The notes below the pieces were generated by a model. It was not told where the DNA came from and made no database searches. It worked only from the letters and a program-made list of their open reading frames with translations. Of a stretch of DNA of 64,000 bases, positions 29,580-41,500 are shown piece after piece; position 1 is the first letter of the stretch, and every line of letters starts with the position of its first letter. Source of the DNA: Hyalangium minutum (GTDB lineage: Bacteria > Myxococcota > Myxococcia > Myxococcales > Myxococcaceae). The DNA is taken from assembly GCF_000737315.1 (NCBI RefSeq), contig NZ_JMCB01000028.1, positions 62,001-126,000 on the forward strand, given 5' to 3'. The translations under genes and the position numbers were made by a program.

Positions 29580-30691
29580 ACGCCCCCGTCTCCTTGCGCC
29601 ACGACGATCTGTCCGTCCCCCACCCGGTGCTGGCCTCGCGTGAAGACGTGGAGCAGTTCCAGGGTGTCCTCCTTCATCACCAGAACATCTGCATCGGCCC
29701 CCAGGGCGAGCCGCCCTTTCCGGGGGAGCTTCAGGGCAGTCGCGGGGTTGCTCGTGAAGAAGGGCAGCACTCGATCGAGCGCGAAGCCATGCTCGCGCAC
29801 AGTAGAAATCAGCTCTTCGAGCAGGCGGGCAGGCGACGCGCCCGCGGTGTGCGCATCCGAGGAGACGGTGAGCTGGCCCGGCGCGCCGCCGTGGTCCAGG
29901 TAGTAGCGGATCCACGGGCCCAGCCCTGGGTCCACCGTGTCCAGGTCCACGAAGGCACCCCGGCGAGCCAAGGCGATGGCGTCGTCCATGAGCGCCTCGG
30001 TCCGGTTGGCGTGGGTGACGTAGAGGGACTCCGGCAGCACCTCGTACCCATCCAGCAGCGCATGGAGCATCGCGAGCCGTGCGCGCCCAGGCCCCGCGTG
30101 GAAGTGCGTCACCCCCGCCTTGCCCGCCGTCCTCCCGCCCACCAGCGCCGAGGACACCAAGCGCGCCAGCTCGTCCACCGTGGGCTGGCTGGAGCGGACA
30201 TCCGAGATGGCCACCTCGCCCACGCCGATCATGCAGTCGATGAAGGTCAGGTCATCTTCCACGGAGCCGGTGAGCGTGCGCGGCGGGAGATGAAAACCAC
30301 CCGTATAAAGGAGGGCCGTCACGCCCTGCTCCGTGAGCTGCCGGGCCTTGCCGACCAGCGCGCCCAGGTGCCGCGTGGAGCTGTCCGTCCCCAAACACCC
30401 CACCACGGTGGTGATGCCCGCGAGCAGCAGCTGCTCCACCCGCACCTCCGGCATGCGGCTGGAGAACCCCTTCTCTCCCCCCGCACCGATGATGTGCTCG
30501 TGCGGATCCACCAGTCCGGGGATGACAAGACAGCCGCTCGCGTCCACCACCTCGAAGGGCAGCCCGAGCGCGGACAGCGCGGACTCCTCCACCGGCCCGA
30601 GCCGGGCGATCCGGTCCCCCACGAGCAGCAGGGACTGGACGCCGGCAGGCGCCGGAATGAGCAGGGTCCCGTTCCGGATGAGGGTGAGCAT
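29576..30691 (-). CDS. iadA: Isoaspartyl dipeptidase (beta-aspartyl peptidase, amidohydrolase fold)
   Basis: PGLVDPHEHIIGAGGEKGF, AGITTVVGCLGTD, GVGEVAISD, HFHAG, THANRT, SSD; stop overlaps the cphB start. Confidence 0.88.
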   Translation of the reverse strand: MLTLIRNGTLLIPAPAGVQSLLLVGDRIARLGPVEESALSALGLPFEVVDASGCLVIPGLVDPHEHIIGAGGEKGFSSRMPEVRVEQLLLAGITTVVGCLGTDSSTRHLGALVGKARQLTEQGVTALLYTGGFHLPPRTLTGSVEDDLTFIDCMIGVGEVAISDVRSSQPTVDELARLVSSALVGGRTAGKAGVTHFHAGPGRARLAMLHALLDGYEVLPESLYVTHANRTEALMDDAIALARRGAFVDLDTVDPGLGPWIRYYLDHGGAPGQLTVSSDAHTAGASPARLLEELISTVREHGFALDRVLPFFTSNPATALKLPRKGRLALGADADVLVMKEDTLELLHVFTRGQHRVGDGQIVVAQGDGGV

Positions 30692-30702
30692 GGAGCCCGT
30701 CC

Positions 30703-33354
30703 CTACTCGAACACCCGCTCGACCGGGTTCTCGCACGCAGCGTCTTCATCCACCTCGGCCAGGGCCTCGAGGACCTCCAGCGCCTCGTGCACGATGTCGG
30801 CGATGATGACCATCCGATCCCCGGTGCGGGTCTGCTGGAAGGCGCGGAGGATGGCCTCGCGCTGATCCTTGGCGAAGTGGAAGGGCGTGCCCGGAGGCAG
30901 GCAGCTCTTCATCATCTGGGGAATCTCGAGCGCGGCGCGGTCCCGGCGGTCCTTCAAGTCATACAGCACGTACTCGTCCACGAAGGACAGCGTTTCCTGG
31001 AAGGTGGCCAGGATGTCTTCATCCCGCCTGTCTCCGGGGAGGCCAATGGCCATGAGGGTCCGCCGGCCCTCGGTGCGGGGCAGCGCCTCGCCCAGCGCCT
31101 TCATGGCGCCCACGTTGTGCCCGTAGTCCAGGATGACCTGCCGCTCCGCCAGCCCGAAGAGGTTGAAGCGGCCCGGCGTCGTCCTCATGTCGGTGCGGAA
31201 GGTCGTCAGGGCCCGGACGATGAGGGCCGGGTTGAGCCCCGAGGCCCATGCCGCAGCGGTGGCGGCCAGCGCGTTCTCGAGCTGGAAGCGGAGGGTGCCG
31301 CCCGCGGTGAACGTGACGCGCTCCAGCTCCACGAGCATCTGCCGGATGTGCCCCTGAGCCGTGACGATGATGTTGTTCTCCACGAAGACGCAGCTGCCGC
31401 CTTGGAGCATGTGCGCTTGGAGGATGGGGTTCTCCGGGCTGCGGCCGAAGTAGACGACCTTGCCCTTGGAAGCCGCGGCCATCTCCGCCACCCGTGGGTC
31501 ATCCGCGTTGAGCACGGCGGCACCCTCCTCGGCTACGGACTCGACGACGACCTGCTTCACGCGGGCCAGCTGCTCCATCGTGTCGATGCCGCCGACGCCG
31601 AGATGATCCGAGCTGAGGTTGGTAACCACGCCTACGCTGCACCAGTCGAAGCCGAGCCCCTCGCGGAGGATGCCCCCGCGCGCCACCTCGAGCACGGCGG
31701 CCTCCACTCGGGGATGCAGCAGCACGGCTTGGGCGCTCTTGGGCCCGGAACAGTCTCCTTCGAGGATGCGCTCGCCCCGGATGTACGTGCCCTCGGTGCT
31801 GGTGAAGCCGACCCTGCGGCGCGCGGTCTCGAACATGTGCGCCACGAGCCGGACCACCGTCGTCTTCCCGTTGGTGCCCGTGACAGCGACGATGGGGATG
31901 CGCGACGGCGTGCCCGGTGGATACAACATGTCGATGATGGGGCCCCCCACGTCGCGCGGCACGCCGCTGGTGGGCTGGATGTGCATGCGCAGGCCTGGGG
32001 CCGCGTTCACCTCGACGATGGCTCCACCCTGCTCCGCCAGCGGGCGGCGGATGTCCTTGCACAGCAGGTCGATGCCCGCGATGTCCAGGTTCAGCATCTG
32101 CGCGGCGAGTTCGGCCAGGCGGGCGTTGCTCGGGTGCACCACGTCCGTGACATCGGCAGCGGTGCCTCCGGTGGACAGGTTGCAGTTCTGCCGCAGCTTC
32201 ACGGCCTGCCCGGCCGCGGGCACGGAGTCCCCGGTGAACCCCTGCTGCTGGAGCACCACTTGGGCAGCATCATCCAGCCGGATGCGCGTCAGGCTGCTGC
32301 TGTGTCCCGGGCGGCGGCGCGGATCCCGGTTCGCCACCTCGACGAGCTGCGCGATGGTGCTCTTGCCATCGCCCATCACCTGGGCAGGGTCTCTGCGCGC
32401 GGCGGCCACCATCTTCCCGTCCACGACGAGCAGGCGGTAGTCATCACCTTCGATGTGGCGCTCGACCAGTACATCCCCGCGGTACTGAGAGGCCACCGCG
32501 TAGGCGGCGCGGACCTCGGCCTCCGAGCGCAGGTTGACCATCACGCCCTTGCCCTGATTTCCAGCCTCGGGCTTGAGGATGACGGGCAGGCCCAGATCCT
32601 GCGCCACATCCCAGGCCTCGTCGGCGGACTTCACGGTGCGGCCCTCGGGCACGGAGATGCCCACGGCGCGCAGGATGGTGTTGGTGAGCGGCTTCTCCTG
32701 GCAGATGTCCACGGCGATGGCGGACGTGTCCGACGTCTGCGAGGCCATGATGCGCTTCTGGTACACACCATAGCCGAGCTGCACGAGGCTCCCAGTGGGC
32801 GTGAGCCTCTTCACCGGGATGCGGCGCTTGCGCGCCGCGTCCACGATGGCCTTGGTGCTGGGCCCGAGCCGGTACTCATCCGCCAAGTCCTTCAGCCGCT
32901 CGATGGCCGCGGGCGCGTCGTAGGGCTCATCGAACATGGCGGCCAGCGTCATCTCGAGCGCCACCCGGAAGGCCTCGCGCGCGGGCTCCTCCTCCTGATA
33001 CGCGACGACGACGGTGTAGACGCCGGGCTCGCCAGTGCCGCGGGCGCGGCCGTAGCCCACATCGAAGCCCATCTCGTTCTGGAGCGCGATGGTGACGTGC
33101 TCGGTGATGTGAGCCAGATAGGTGCCACGATGCAGGCGCTCGACGAAGCCCCCGGGGCGTCCGACACTGCACTCGTGCCGGTGCAAGCCCGGGAGCCATG
33201 ACGTCAGGCGCTCGACAAAGCCGGGGAAGGAATTGCTCGGGCGCTCCTCCAAGGGGCCAATGTCGAGCTCGACGCGCAGCACTGTCTTGTACGCGTACAG
33301 GTTGGGCCCCCGCAGGGCCTGAATCTTTCGAACCGTGACGCCATGCGCTGTCAT
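30703..33354 (-). CDS. cphA: Cyanophycin synthetase CphA1 (883 aa)
   Basis: N-domain (GPN, HECS, HITEH), ATP-grasp (LGPST, LVQLGYG, NLSTGG, EVNAAPG), Mur-ligase (VTGTNGKTT, ARGGILREGL, PGRFN, DYGHN). Confidence 0.96.
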   Translation of the reverse strand: MTAHGVTVRKIQALRGPNLYAYKTVLRVELDIGPLEERPSNSFPGFVERLTSWLPGLHRHECSVGRPGGFVERLHRGTYLAHITEHVTIALQNEMGFDVGYGRARGTGEPGVYTVVVAYQEEEPAREAFRVALEMTLAAMFDEPYDAPAAIERLKDLADEYRLGPSTKAIVDAARKRRIPVKRLTPTGSLVQLGYGVYQKRIMASQTSDTSAIAVDICQEKPLTNTILRAVGISVPEGRTVKSADEAWDVAQDLGLPVILKPEAGNQGKGVMVNLRSEAEVRAAYAVASQYRGDVLVERHIEGDDYRLLVVDGKMVAAARRDPAQVMGDGKSTIAQLVEVANRDPRRRPGHSSSLTRIRLDDAAQVVLQQQGFTGDSVPAAGQAVKLRQNCNLSTGGTAADVTDVVHPSNARLAELAAQMLNLDIAGIDLLCKDIRRPLAEQGGAIVEVNAAPGLRMHIQPTSGVPRDVGGPIIDMLYPPGTPSRIPIVAVTGTNGKTTVVRLVAHMFETARRRVGFTSTEGTYIRGERILEGDCSGPKSAQAVLLHPRVEAAVLEVARGGILREGLGFDWCSVGVVTNLSSDHLGVGGIDTMEQLARVKQVVVESVAEEGAAVLNADDPRVAEMAAASKGKVVYFGRSPENPILQAHMLQGGSCVFVENNIIVTAQGHIRQMLVELERVTFTAGGTLRFQLENALAATAAAWASGLNPALIVRALTTFRTDMRTTPGRFNLFGLAERQVILDYGHNVGAMKALGEALPRTEGRRTLMAIGLPGDRRDEDILATFQETLSFVDEYVLYDLKDRRDRAALEIPQMMKSCLPPGTPFHFAKDQREAILRAFQQTRTGDRMVIIADIVHEALEVLEALAEVDEDAACENPVERVFE

Positions 33355-33485
33355 GGGCTGCCTGCTCCGTAGGTCTGCACCTAGGAGTAGGAATGCGTGC
33401 GAAACCCAGCAAGGCGCCCATGCCAGGCAGTGCAGCGTTCTGAATGAAGCGCGGCCCCCAGGTGAGCGGGGGCCCTCCTGAATGC

Positions 33486-35474
33486 TCAGCCCGCCGAAAC
33501 TTGGGGCTCGGGAGAGTTGGCGTGAGCCACGGCTGGGGAGGCGCTCGCCTGCACCGCCTCGCGAGGCAGCCAGACATGGAAGGTCGAGCCCTCCCCCGCC
33601 ACGCCCAGCGACTCCACCCAGATGCGTCCACCGTGCTGCTCGACGATGCCTTGGCTGATCGTCAATCCCAGCCCGAGCCCGCCGTACTTGGAGCCGTGCG
33701 CGCGGCCAAAGCGCTCGAAGATGAGCCCCTGCTTCTCCGGCGGCACGCCCACGCCCCGATCCTTCACCGTCAGGTGTACCCCGCCGCTCTCCTCCACCAG
33801 CCTCACCATCACCTCGCCGCCCTGGGGCGAGTAGCGGATGGCGTTGGACACCAGGTTCGTGAGCACCTGATCCAGGCGCCCGCGATCCCACAGGCCCTCC
33901 GCTTGCTCTGGCGCCTCCACCCGCAGCGGGTGCGCCTGCGAGAGCACGGCCATGCGGTCGCACGTCTCGCGCACCAGCCCGCCCAGATCGAAGCGCTCCA
34001 GTTCCAGCGAGAGGCGCCCGGCCTGGAGCCGGCTGATGTCCAGCAGCTCTTCGACCAGCTTCGTCATCCGGTCGATCTGCCGGTTGATGATGGTCAGCGA
34101 CTTGCCGGGCCCCTGGTCCGCCGGCCCGCCCAGCTTGAGCATGGCCAGGTGGGCATGGCCCTTGGCCGCCGCCAGCGGGGTGCGCAGTTCGTGGCTGGCC
34201 GCGGCGAGGAAGGCATCCTTGGCCTCATTCGCCAGCCGCAGGGCCGCCTCCGCTCGCTGGCGCTCGGTGATGTCGCGGGCCACGGAGACGAAGCGCCCCT
34301 GGCCCTCGCCCGATGCCACGTACTGGAGCACCACCTCGACGGGCACCTCGGAGCCATCCCGCCGCCGGTGCGTGGTGGAGTACGTCTGGCTCGGCAGCGT
34401 GCCGCTCACCAGGGGCGCCAGCAGCTTGCGGAAGCCCTCCTCGTCGAAGGCGCTCTCCACCCGCAGCAAGCTGCTGCCCACCAGTTCCTCCACCGACGTG
34501 CCCAGCTGCCGGGCCGCGCCCGCGTTGGCGTAGGTGAGCGACAGTCGCTCGGCGTCGAACATGAGGACGCAGTCGAGCGTGGCATCCAGCGTGGCCTTGA
34601 AGCGAGCCAGCGCATCCTCCGCGCGCTTCTTGTCGTCAATGTCCGTCGCCACACAGATGAAGCCGGTGACCAGGCCCGCCTCATCCCGCTCGGGCGTGGC
34701 CCGCCCCAGGTGCCAGCGCCACGCGCCGTCCTTGTTCCGCATGCGGAACTCGAACTCCAGCCGCGTGCCCTTCTCCACCGCTTCCTTCCACTGGCTGACC
34801 ATCAGCTCCCGGTCCGCTGGGTGGAAGTACTCCAGGAAGAACTGGGTGGTGATCTCATCGGTGGTCTGCCCGGTGTAGGTCCGCCACGCCTCATTGGCGT
34901 AGTAGAGCATCCCATCCCGGCGCGTGGCCCACATGGTCTCCGGCAGTGAGTCCAGCAGCCGCCGGTAGCGCAGCTCGCTCTGCCGCTCCAGCGCCTCGCG
35001 CTCCTTCTGGCGAAGCAGTGCGGCCTGACGCTGGAGCTGCTGTTCCTTGAGGAACAGGTCCACGAAGACGCTGACCTTGGAGCGGAGGATCTCCGGGTCG
35101 AACGGCTTGAGCAGGTAGTCCACCGCGCCGTGCGCGTAGCCCTTGAAGATGTGGGCCGCGTCCCGGCTGAGCGCGGTGAGGAAGATGATGGGGATGGTGC
35201 GGGTGCGCTCGCGCTGCTTGATGAGCGCCGCCGTCTGGAAGCCATCCAGCCCGGGCATCTGCACGTCCATGAGGATGACGGCAAAGTCCCTCTGCAGGAG
35301 GCACTTGAGGGCCTCCTCTCCGCTGGTGGCCTTCACCAGTTCCTGCCCCAGCGGCTCGAGGATGGCCTCGAGCGCCAACAGGTTGGACGGGTGATCGTCC
35401 ACCATGAGGATGCTCGCGCGCTGACGCGGAGCAACCTCGGGGGCGCGATCGGGAGTGGCTTCAGTGGGAATCAT
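33486..35474 (-). CDS. Hybrid sensor kinase REC-PAS-PAS-HisKA-HATPase, soluble
   Basis: VDDHPSN, MDVQMP, two PAS/PAC units, [14 protein letters not shown]; no TM. Confidence 0.92.
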   Translation of the reverse strand: MIPTEATPDRAPEVAPRQRASILMVDDHPSNLLALEAILEPLGQELVKATSGEEALKCLLQRDFAVILMDVQMPGLDGFQTAALIKQRERTRTIPIIFLTALSRDAAHIFKGYAHGAVDYLLKPFDPEILRSKVSVFVDLFLKEQQLQRQAALLRQKEREALERQSELRYRRLLDSLPETMWATRRDGMLYYANEAWRTYTGQTTDEITTQFFLEYFHPADRELMVSQWKEAVEKGTRLEFEFRMRNKDGAWRWHLGRATPERDEAGLVTGFICVATDIDDKKRAEDALARFKATLDATLDCVLMFDAERLSLTYANAGAARQLGTSVEELVGSSLLRVESAFDEEGFRKLLAPLVSGTLPSQTYSTTHRRRDGSEVPVEVVLQYVASGEGQGRFVSVARDITERQRAEAALRLANEAKDAFLAAASHELRTPLAAAKGHAHLAMLKLGGPADQGPGKSLTIINRQIDRMTKLVEELLDISRLQAGRLSLELERFDLGGLVRETCDRMAVLSQAHPLRVEAPEQAEGLWDRGRLDQVLTNLVSNAIRYSPQGGEVMVRLVEESGGVHLTVKDRGVGVPPEKQGLIFERFGRAHGSKYGGLGLGLTISQGIVEQHGGRIWVESLGVAGEGSTFHVWLPREAVQASASPAVAHANSPEPQVSAG

Positions 35475-35567
35475 GCTGAGCAAGCGGGTGCCCGGGGGTA
35501 AAAGGAAAGCTAGGTCCGCTGCCCTCCAAACAGAAGGGAGGAGGGAGCGAGACGTGCGCTATCCAAC

Positions 35568-38500
35568 TCAGGCGTTCACCCACAAACGGATGAGTTCGAT
35601 GAGCTTGTCCGTATCCACCGGCTTGGGCAGGTAGTCACTGGCGCCAGCCGCCATACACTTCTCCCGGTCGTCCTTCAGGGCCTTGGCGGTGACGGCGATG
35701 ATGGGGAGCCGGGACAGCCGCAAGTCCTGTCGGATGGCCCTCATGGTCTCGTAGCCGTCCATCTCCGGCATCATGATGTCCATCAGCACCACGTCCACGT
35801 CGGGCTGCTTCTTGAGCGACTCGATGGCTGCCCGGCCATTCTCCGCGAAGGAGACCTGCAGGCCGTGGTTCTCCAGGACGCTGGTGAGCGCGAAGATGTT
35901 GCGCATGTCGTCGTCCACGACGAGCACCTTGCGGCCGGCCAGGTCTCCATTGTGGTTGCCGTCTCTCTCGGCCAGCGCCTGACGGGCCCGGGGTGGCAGG
36001 TTCTGGTCCAGGCGGTGCAGGAAGAGCGCCGTGTCCCCCAGGAGCTGGTCCGGGCTCTTGGGCCCACTCTTGAGGATGACGCTGCCGGTGTAGCGCTTGA
36101 GGCGCGCCTCGTCCTTGGACGTCAGCTCCTTGCCGGTGTAGACGACGATGGGCAAGTCCCTGAAGCGCTGCTGCGTCTTCACCTCCTCCACCAGCTTCAC
36201 GCCGTCCATGTCCGGCAGCAGCAGGTCGATGACGAGGCAGTCGAACTCCCCCTTCTCCAGGGAGCGCAGGGCCTCCTGGCCCGAGGGCACCGCCGCCACC
36301 GCCACGTCGTCGCCCTCGCCCAGCAGCTTGGAGAGGGTGTCGCGCTGCACGTCGTCGTCCTCGACGATGAGCAGCCGCCGCTCCTTGCGCTCCAGGAAGC
36401 GGGCCAGCTGTCCAAAGACGAGCTCCAGGCCCTCCTTGCTCACGGGCTTGGTGAGGTAGCCGAACGCGCCCTGGGTGTTGCCCTGGTGCTTGTCCATCAC
36501 GCTGATGATGTGGACGGGGATGTGGCGCGTGCGGGGGTTGCGCTTGAGGCGCTCCAGCACGCTCCAGCCGTCCACCACCGGCAGCTGGATGTCCAGGGTG
36601 ATGGCGTGCGGCAGGTACTCGTTGGCCATGGAGAGGCCGCTGTCGCCGCGGCTGGCCACCAGGACCTTGAAGCCCTTCTCGCGGGCCATCTGCGCCATGA
36701 TGCGGGCGAACTTCAGGTCATCCTCGATGATGAGGAGGACGTGGTCCCCCTCGCGGATGTGCTCCCGGTCATCCTCCACCGCGAGCGGCCCCAGCACCAT
36801 GTCCGCCGGGGGCGGCAGCGCCGCGTCCAGCACGTGCCCGTTGTCCGCCACGGGCGGGGGTGTCGGGAAGTTCGCCATGGGCGGGGGCAGTTCCTCCCGC
36901 TCCGAGCGGACGGACTCCGATGAGGCCGGGCGGACCACTACCGGGGACGCCGAGCGGCCCGAGGACACCGGGCTGAGCGGCATGGGCGGCGTGGACGGCG
37001 TGGACGGCGGCTTGGACGAGGACGGCGTGCTGCCCTCATCCTCGGGCCCCACGTACTCGGGCGGCATGTACAGCGTGAAGGTGCTGCCCTTGCCCGGCTC
37101 GCTGTCCACGTGGATCTCTCCCCCCAGCAGCTTGGCGATCTCGCGCGAGATGGACAGGCCCAGGCCGGTGCCACCGTACTTGCGCGCGGTGGAGCCGTCC
37201 GCCTGCTGGAACGCCTCGAAGATGAGCTTCTGCTTGTCCTTGGGGATGCCGATGCCGGTGTCCGTCACCGCGAAGGCGATGACGCGCTTGGCCTTGCGCA
37301 ACACCTCGTGGTCCAGCCGGACGTTCTTCTCCGCCGGCTTCACCACCATCTTCACGCTCCCGGAGTCGGTGAACTTGAAGGCGTTGGAGAGCAGGTTCTT
37401 GAGGATCTGCTGCAGCCGCTGCGGATCCGTGCGGATGGTGCGCGGCGTGTTGGGCGCCAGCTCCACGGTGAACGTCAGGTTCTTCTGGTCGGCCACCGGG
37501 CGGAACGAGCGGTCCACGAACTGGTTGAGCTCGGTCAGGAGGATGTCCCGAGGCTCCACCTGCATCTTGCCGGCCTCTACCTTGGACAGGTCGAGGATCT
37601 CGTTGATGAGGCTGAGCAAGTCCCCGCCGCTGGCGTAGATGGTGTTGGCGTACTCCACCTGCTTGCCGCTGAGGTTGCCGTCCTTGTTGTCGGACAGGAG
37701 CTTGGCGAGGATGAGCAGCGAGTTGAGCGGGGTGCGCAGCTCGTGGCTCATGTTGGCCAGGAACTCGCTCTTGTACTTGGAGATGATGGTGAGCTGCTCG
37801 GCCTTCTCCTCCAGGCTGGCGCGGGCCAGCTCCACCTCGCGGTTCTTCTCCTCGACGGCGGTGTTCTGCTCCTTGAGCTGCTTGGCTTTCTCTTCCAGCT
37901 CGAGCGCCTGGGCCTCCAGCTCCACGTTGGTGCGCTTGAGCTCGTCCTGCTGCTGGGTGAGCTCCTTGGACTTGCTCTGCAGCTCCTGAGTGATGCTCTG
38001 CGACTGCTGGAGCAGCTCCTCGGTGCGCATGTTGGCCATGATCATGTTCAGCACCACGCCAATGCTCTCGGTGAGCTGATCCAGGAAGATCTGGTGGATG
38101 GCGCTGAACGGGTGGAAGCTGGCCAGCTCAATCACGGCCTTCACCTCGCCCTCGAAGAGGACGGGCAGGACGATGATGTTGAGCGGGGTGGACTCGCCCA
38201 GGCCGGACGAGATGGTGATGTAGTCCGCCGGCACCCGGGTGAGCAGGATGGTCTTCTTCTCCAAGGCGCACTGGCCGACCAGGCCCTCGCCGAGGCGGAA
38301 GCGGTTGGCGACGTTCTTGCGCTCACGGTAGGCGTAGGTGCTGGTGAGCTTGAGGACGGGCTGGGGGCCCTCCTGCTCCGCCAGGAAGAAGGCGCCGTGG
38401 TGGGCGCCGACCAGCGGCGTCAGCTCGCTCATGATGAGGCGGCTGACGGCCTCGAGGTTCTTCTGGCCCTGCATCATGCCGGAGAACTTCGCCAGGTTCG

Positions 38501-41500
38501 TCTTGAGCCAGTCCTGCTCCTGGTTCTTCTGCGTGGTCTCACGCAGGTTGTAGATCATCTGGTTGATGTTGTCCTTCAGCGCGGCCACTTCGCCCTCGGC
38601 GACGACCGTGATGCTGCGGGTCAGGTCGCCCTTGGTCACCGCGGTGGCCACATCGGAGATGGCGCGCAGCTGAGAGGTGAGCGTGCCGGCCAGCTGGTTC
38701 ACGTTGTCCGTGAGCTGGCGCCACGTGCCGCGAGCGCCGGGCACGCGGGCCTGGCCGCCCAGCTTTCCTTCGATACCCACCTCGCGGGCCACCGTCGTCA
38801 CCTGCTCGGCGAAGGTGCCCAGCGTGTCCGTCATGCTGTTGATGGTCTCCGCGAGCGCGGCGACCTCGCCCTTGGCATCCACCACCAGCTTCTGGCCCAG
38901 GTCACCATTGGCGACGGCCGTCACCACCTTGACGATGCCTCGCACCTGCGTGGTGAGGTTGGACGCCATGAAGTTCACGTTGTCCGTGAGGTCCTTCCAC
39001 GTGCCCGCGACACCGGGCACACGGGCCTGGCCGCCCAGCTTCCCCTCGACGCCCACTTCACGGGCCACCGTGGAGACCTGCTCGGCGAAGGTGCCCAGCG
39101 TGTCGGTCATGTTGTTGATGGTCTCCGCGAGCGCGGCGACCTCGCCCTTGGCGTCCACCACCAGCTTCTGCTTCAGGTCGCCATTGGCGACCGCGGTCAC
39201 CACCTTGACGATGCCGCGCACCTGAGTCGTCAGGTTGCGGGCCATGCTGTTCACGTTGTCCGTGAGGTCCTTCCAGGTGCCGGACACGCCGCGCACTTCG
39301 GCCTGGCCGCCCAGCTTTCCTTCCGTACCCACTTCCTTGGCGACGCGGGTCACTTCCGAGGCAAACGAGTTCAGCTGATCCACCATCGTGTTGATGGTGT
39401 TCTTCAGCTCCAGAATCTCGCCCTTCACGTCGACGGTGATCTTCTTGGACAGGTCGCCGTTGGCCACCGCCGTGGTCACCAGGGCGATGTTGCGCACCTG
39501 GGCGGTGAGGTTGGAGGCCATGGAGTTCACGTTGTCCGTGAGGTTCTTCCACGTGCCGGCGACTCCCGGCACCTCGGCCTGGCCGCCCAGCTTTCCTTCC
39601 GTACCCACTTCCTTGGCGACGCGCGTCACTTCCGAGGCGAAGGCGCGCAGCTGATCCACCATCGTGTTGATGGTGCTCTTCAGCTCCAGGATTTCGCCGC
39701 GGGCCTCGACCGAGATCTTCTGCGACAGGTCGCCGTTCGCGACGGCCGTCGTGACCTTGGCGATGTTGCGCACCTGGTCCGTCAGGTTGCCGGCGAGGAC
39801 GTTCACGTTGTCCGTCAGGTCCTTCCACACACCGGACACGCCCTTCACGTCGGCCTGGCCGCCCAGCTTTCCTTCCGTGCCCACTTCCTTGGCGACGCGG
39901 GTCACTTCCGAGGCGAACGCGCGCAGCTGGTCCACCATCGTGTTGATGGTGTTCTTCAGCTCCAGCACCTCGCCCTTCACGCTGACGGTGATCTTCTGGG
40001 ACAGGTCACCATTGGCGACGGCGGTCGTCACCTTGGCGATGTTGCGCACCTGGTCCGTCAGGTTGCCGGTCAGGGCGTTCACGTTGTCCGTCAGGTCCTT
40101 CCAGACGCCGGACACGCCCTTCACCTCGGCCTGGCCGCCCAGCTTGCCCTCGGTACCCACTTCCTTGGCGACGCGGGTCACTTCCGAGGCGAACGCGCGG
40201 AGCTGATCCACCATCGTGTTGATGGTGTCCTTCAGCTGGAGCACCTCGCCCTTCGCATCCACCGTGATCTTCTTGGACAGGTCGCCGTTGGCGACGGCCG
40301 TGGAGACCTCGGCGATGTTTCGCACCTGGGCGGTGAGGTTGTTGGCCAGCAGGTTCACGTTGTTCGTGAGGTCCTTCCACGTGCCGGCGACGCCCGGCAC
40401 CTCGGCCTGGGCGCCCAGCTTCCCTTCCACACCCACCGTGCGGGCGACATCCGTCACCTGCTGCGCGAAGATGGAGAGCGTCTGGGTCATCGCGTTGATC
40501 GTGTCCGCGAGGGCGGCAATCTCACCCTTCGCTTCCACGATCAGCTTCTGGCTCAGGTCACCGTTGGCGACGGCCGTCACCACCTTGACGATGCCGCGCA
40601 CCTGCGTGGTGAGGTTGGAGGCCATGAAGTTCACGTTGTCCGTGAGGTCCTTCCACACACCGGACACTCCGGGCACCACGGCCTGGCCGCCCAGCTTTCC
40701 TTCCGTACCCACTTCCTTGGCGACGCGGGTCACTTCCGAGGCGAAGGCGCGCAGCTGATCCACCATCGTGTTGATGGTGTTCTTCAGCTCCATCACCTCG
40801 CCCTTCGCGTCGACGGTGATCTTGCGGGACAGGTCACCCTTGGCGACCGCCGTCGTCACCTCGGCGATGTTACGAACCTGGTCGGTCAGGTTGTTCGCGA
40901 GCAGGTTCACGTTGTTCGTGAGGTCCTTCCACGTACCGGCCACACCGGGCACCACGGCCTGGGCACCCAGCTTGCCCTCGACGCCCACCGTGCGGGCCAC
41001 GTCGGTCACCTGCTGCGCGAAGATGGAGAGCGTCTCCGTCATCGCGTTGATGGTGTCGGCCAGCTCGGCCACCTCACCCTTGGCGTCCACCTTCAGGCGC
41101 TGGGTCAGGTCGCCGTTGGCGACCGCAGTCACCACCTTGGCGATGCCTCGCACCTGGGTGGTGAGGTTGGAGGCCATGATGTTCACGTTGTCCGTGAGGT
41201 CCTTCCACGTACCGGCAACGCCCTTCACCTCGGCCTGACCACCCAGCTTGCCGTGCGTACCCACCTCGCGAGCGACGCGGGTCACCTCGGCGGCGAAGCT
41301 GTTGAGCTGGTCCACCATCGTGTTGATGGTGTTCTTCAGCTCCAGCACCTCGCCGCGAGCGTCGACGGAGATCTTCTTGGACAGGTCACCCTTCGCGACC
41401 GCCGTCGTCACCAAGGCGATGTTTCGCACCTGGGTGGTGAGGTTGGAGGCCATGAAGTTCACGTTGTCCGTGAGGTCCTTCCACGTACCGGCAACGCCCT

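Noticed and set aside
30787-33201. 804-aa plus-strand ORF opposite cphA (likewise 20794-22878 opposite kup and 52942-54945 opposite the serpin operon)
   Set aside because: Shadow ORFs; the opposite strand carries clear family motifs
33400-33440. Sigma54 promoter for cphA (TGGCA...TTGC on the minus strand)
   Set aside because: GG-to-GC spacing is 12 nt rather than the required 10
30703-33963. 1086-aa extended CphA as given in the ORF track
   Set aside because: The first ~200 aa overlap the kinase gene and look non-coding; the CphA N-domain begins at MTAHGV (33354)
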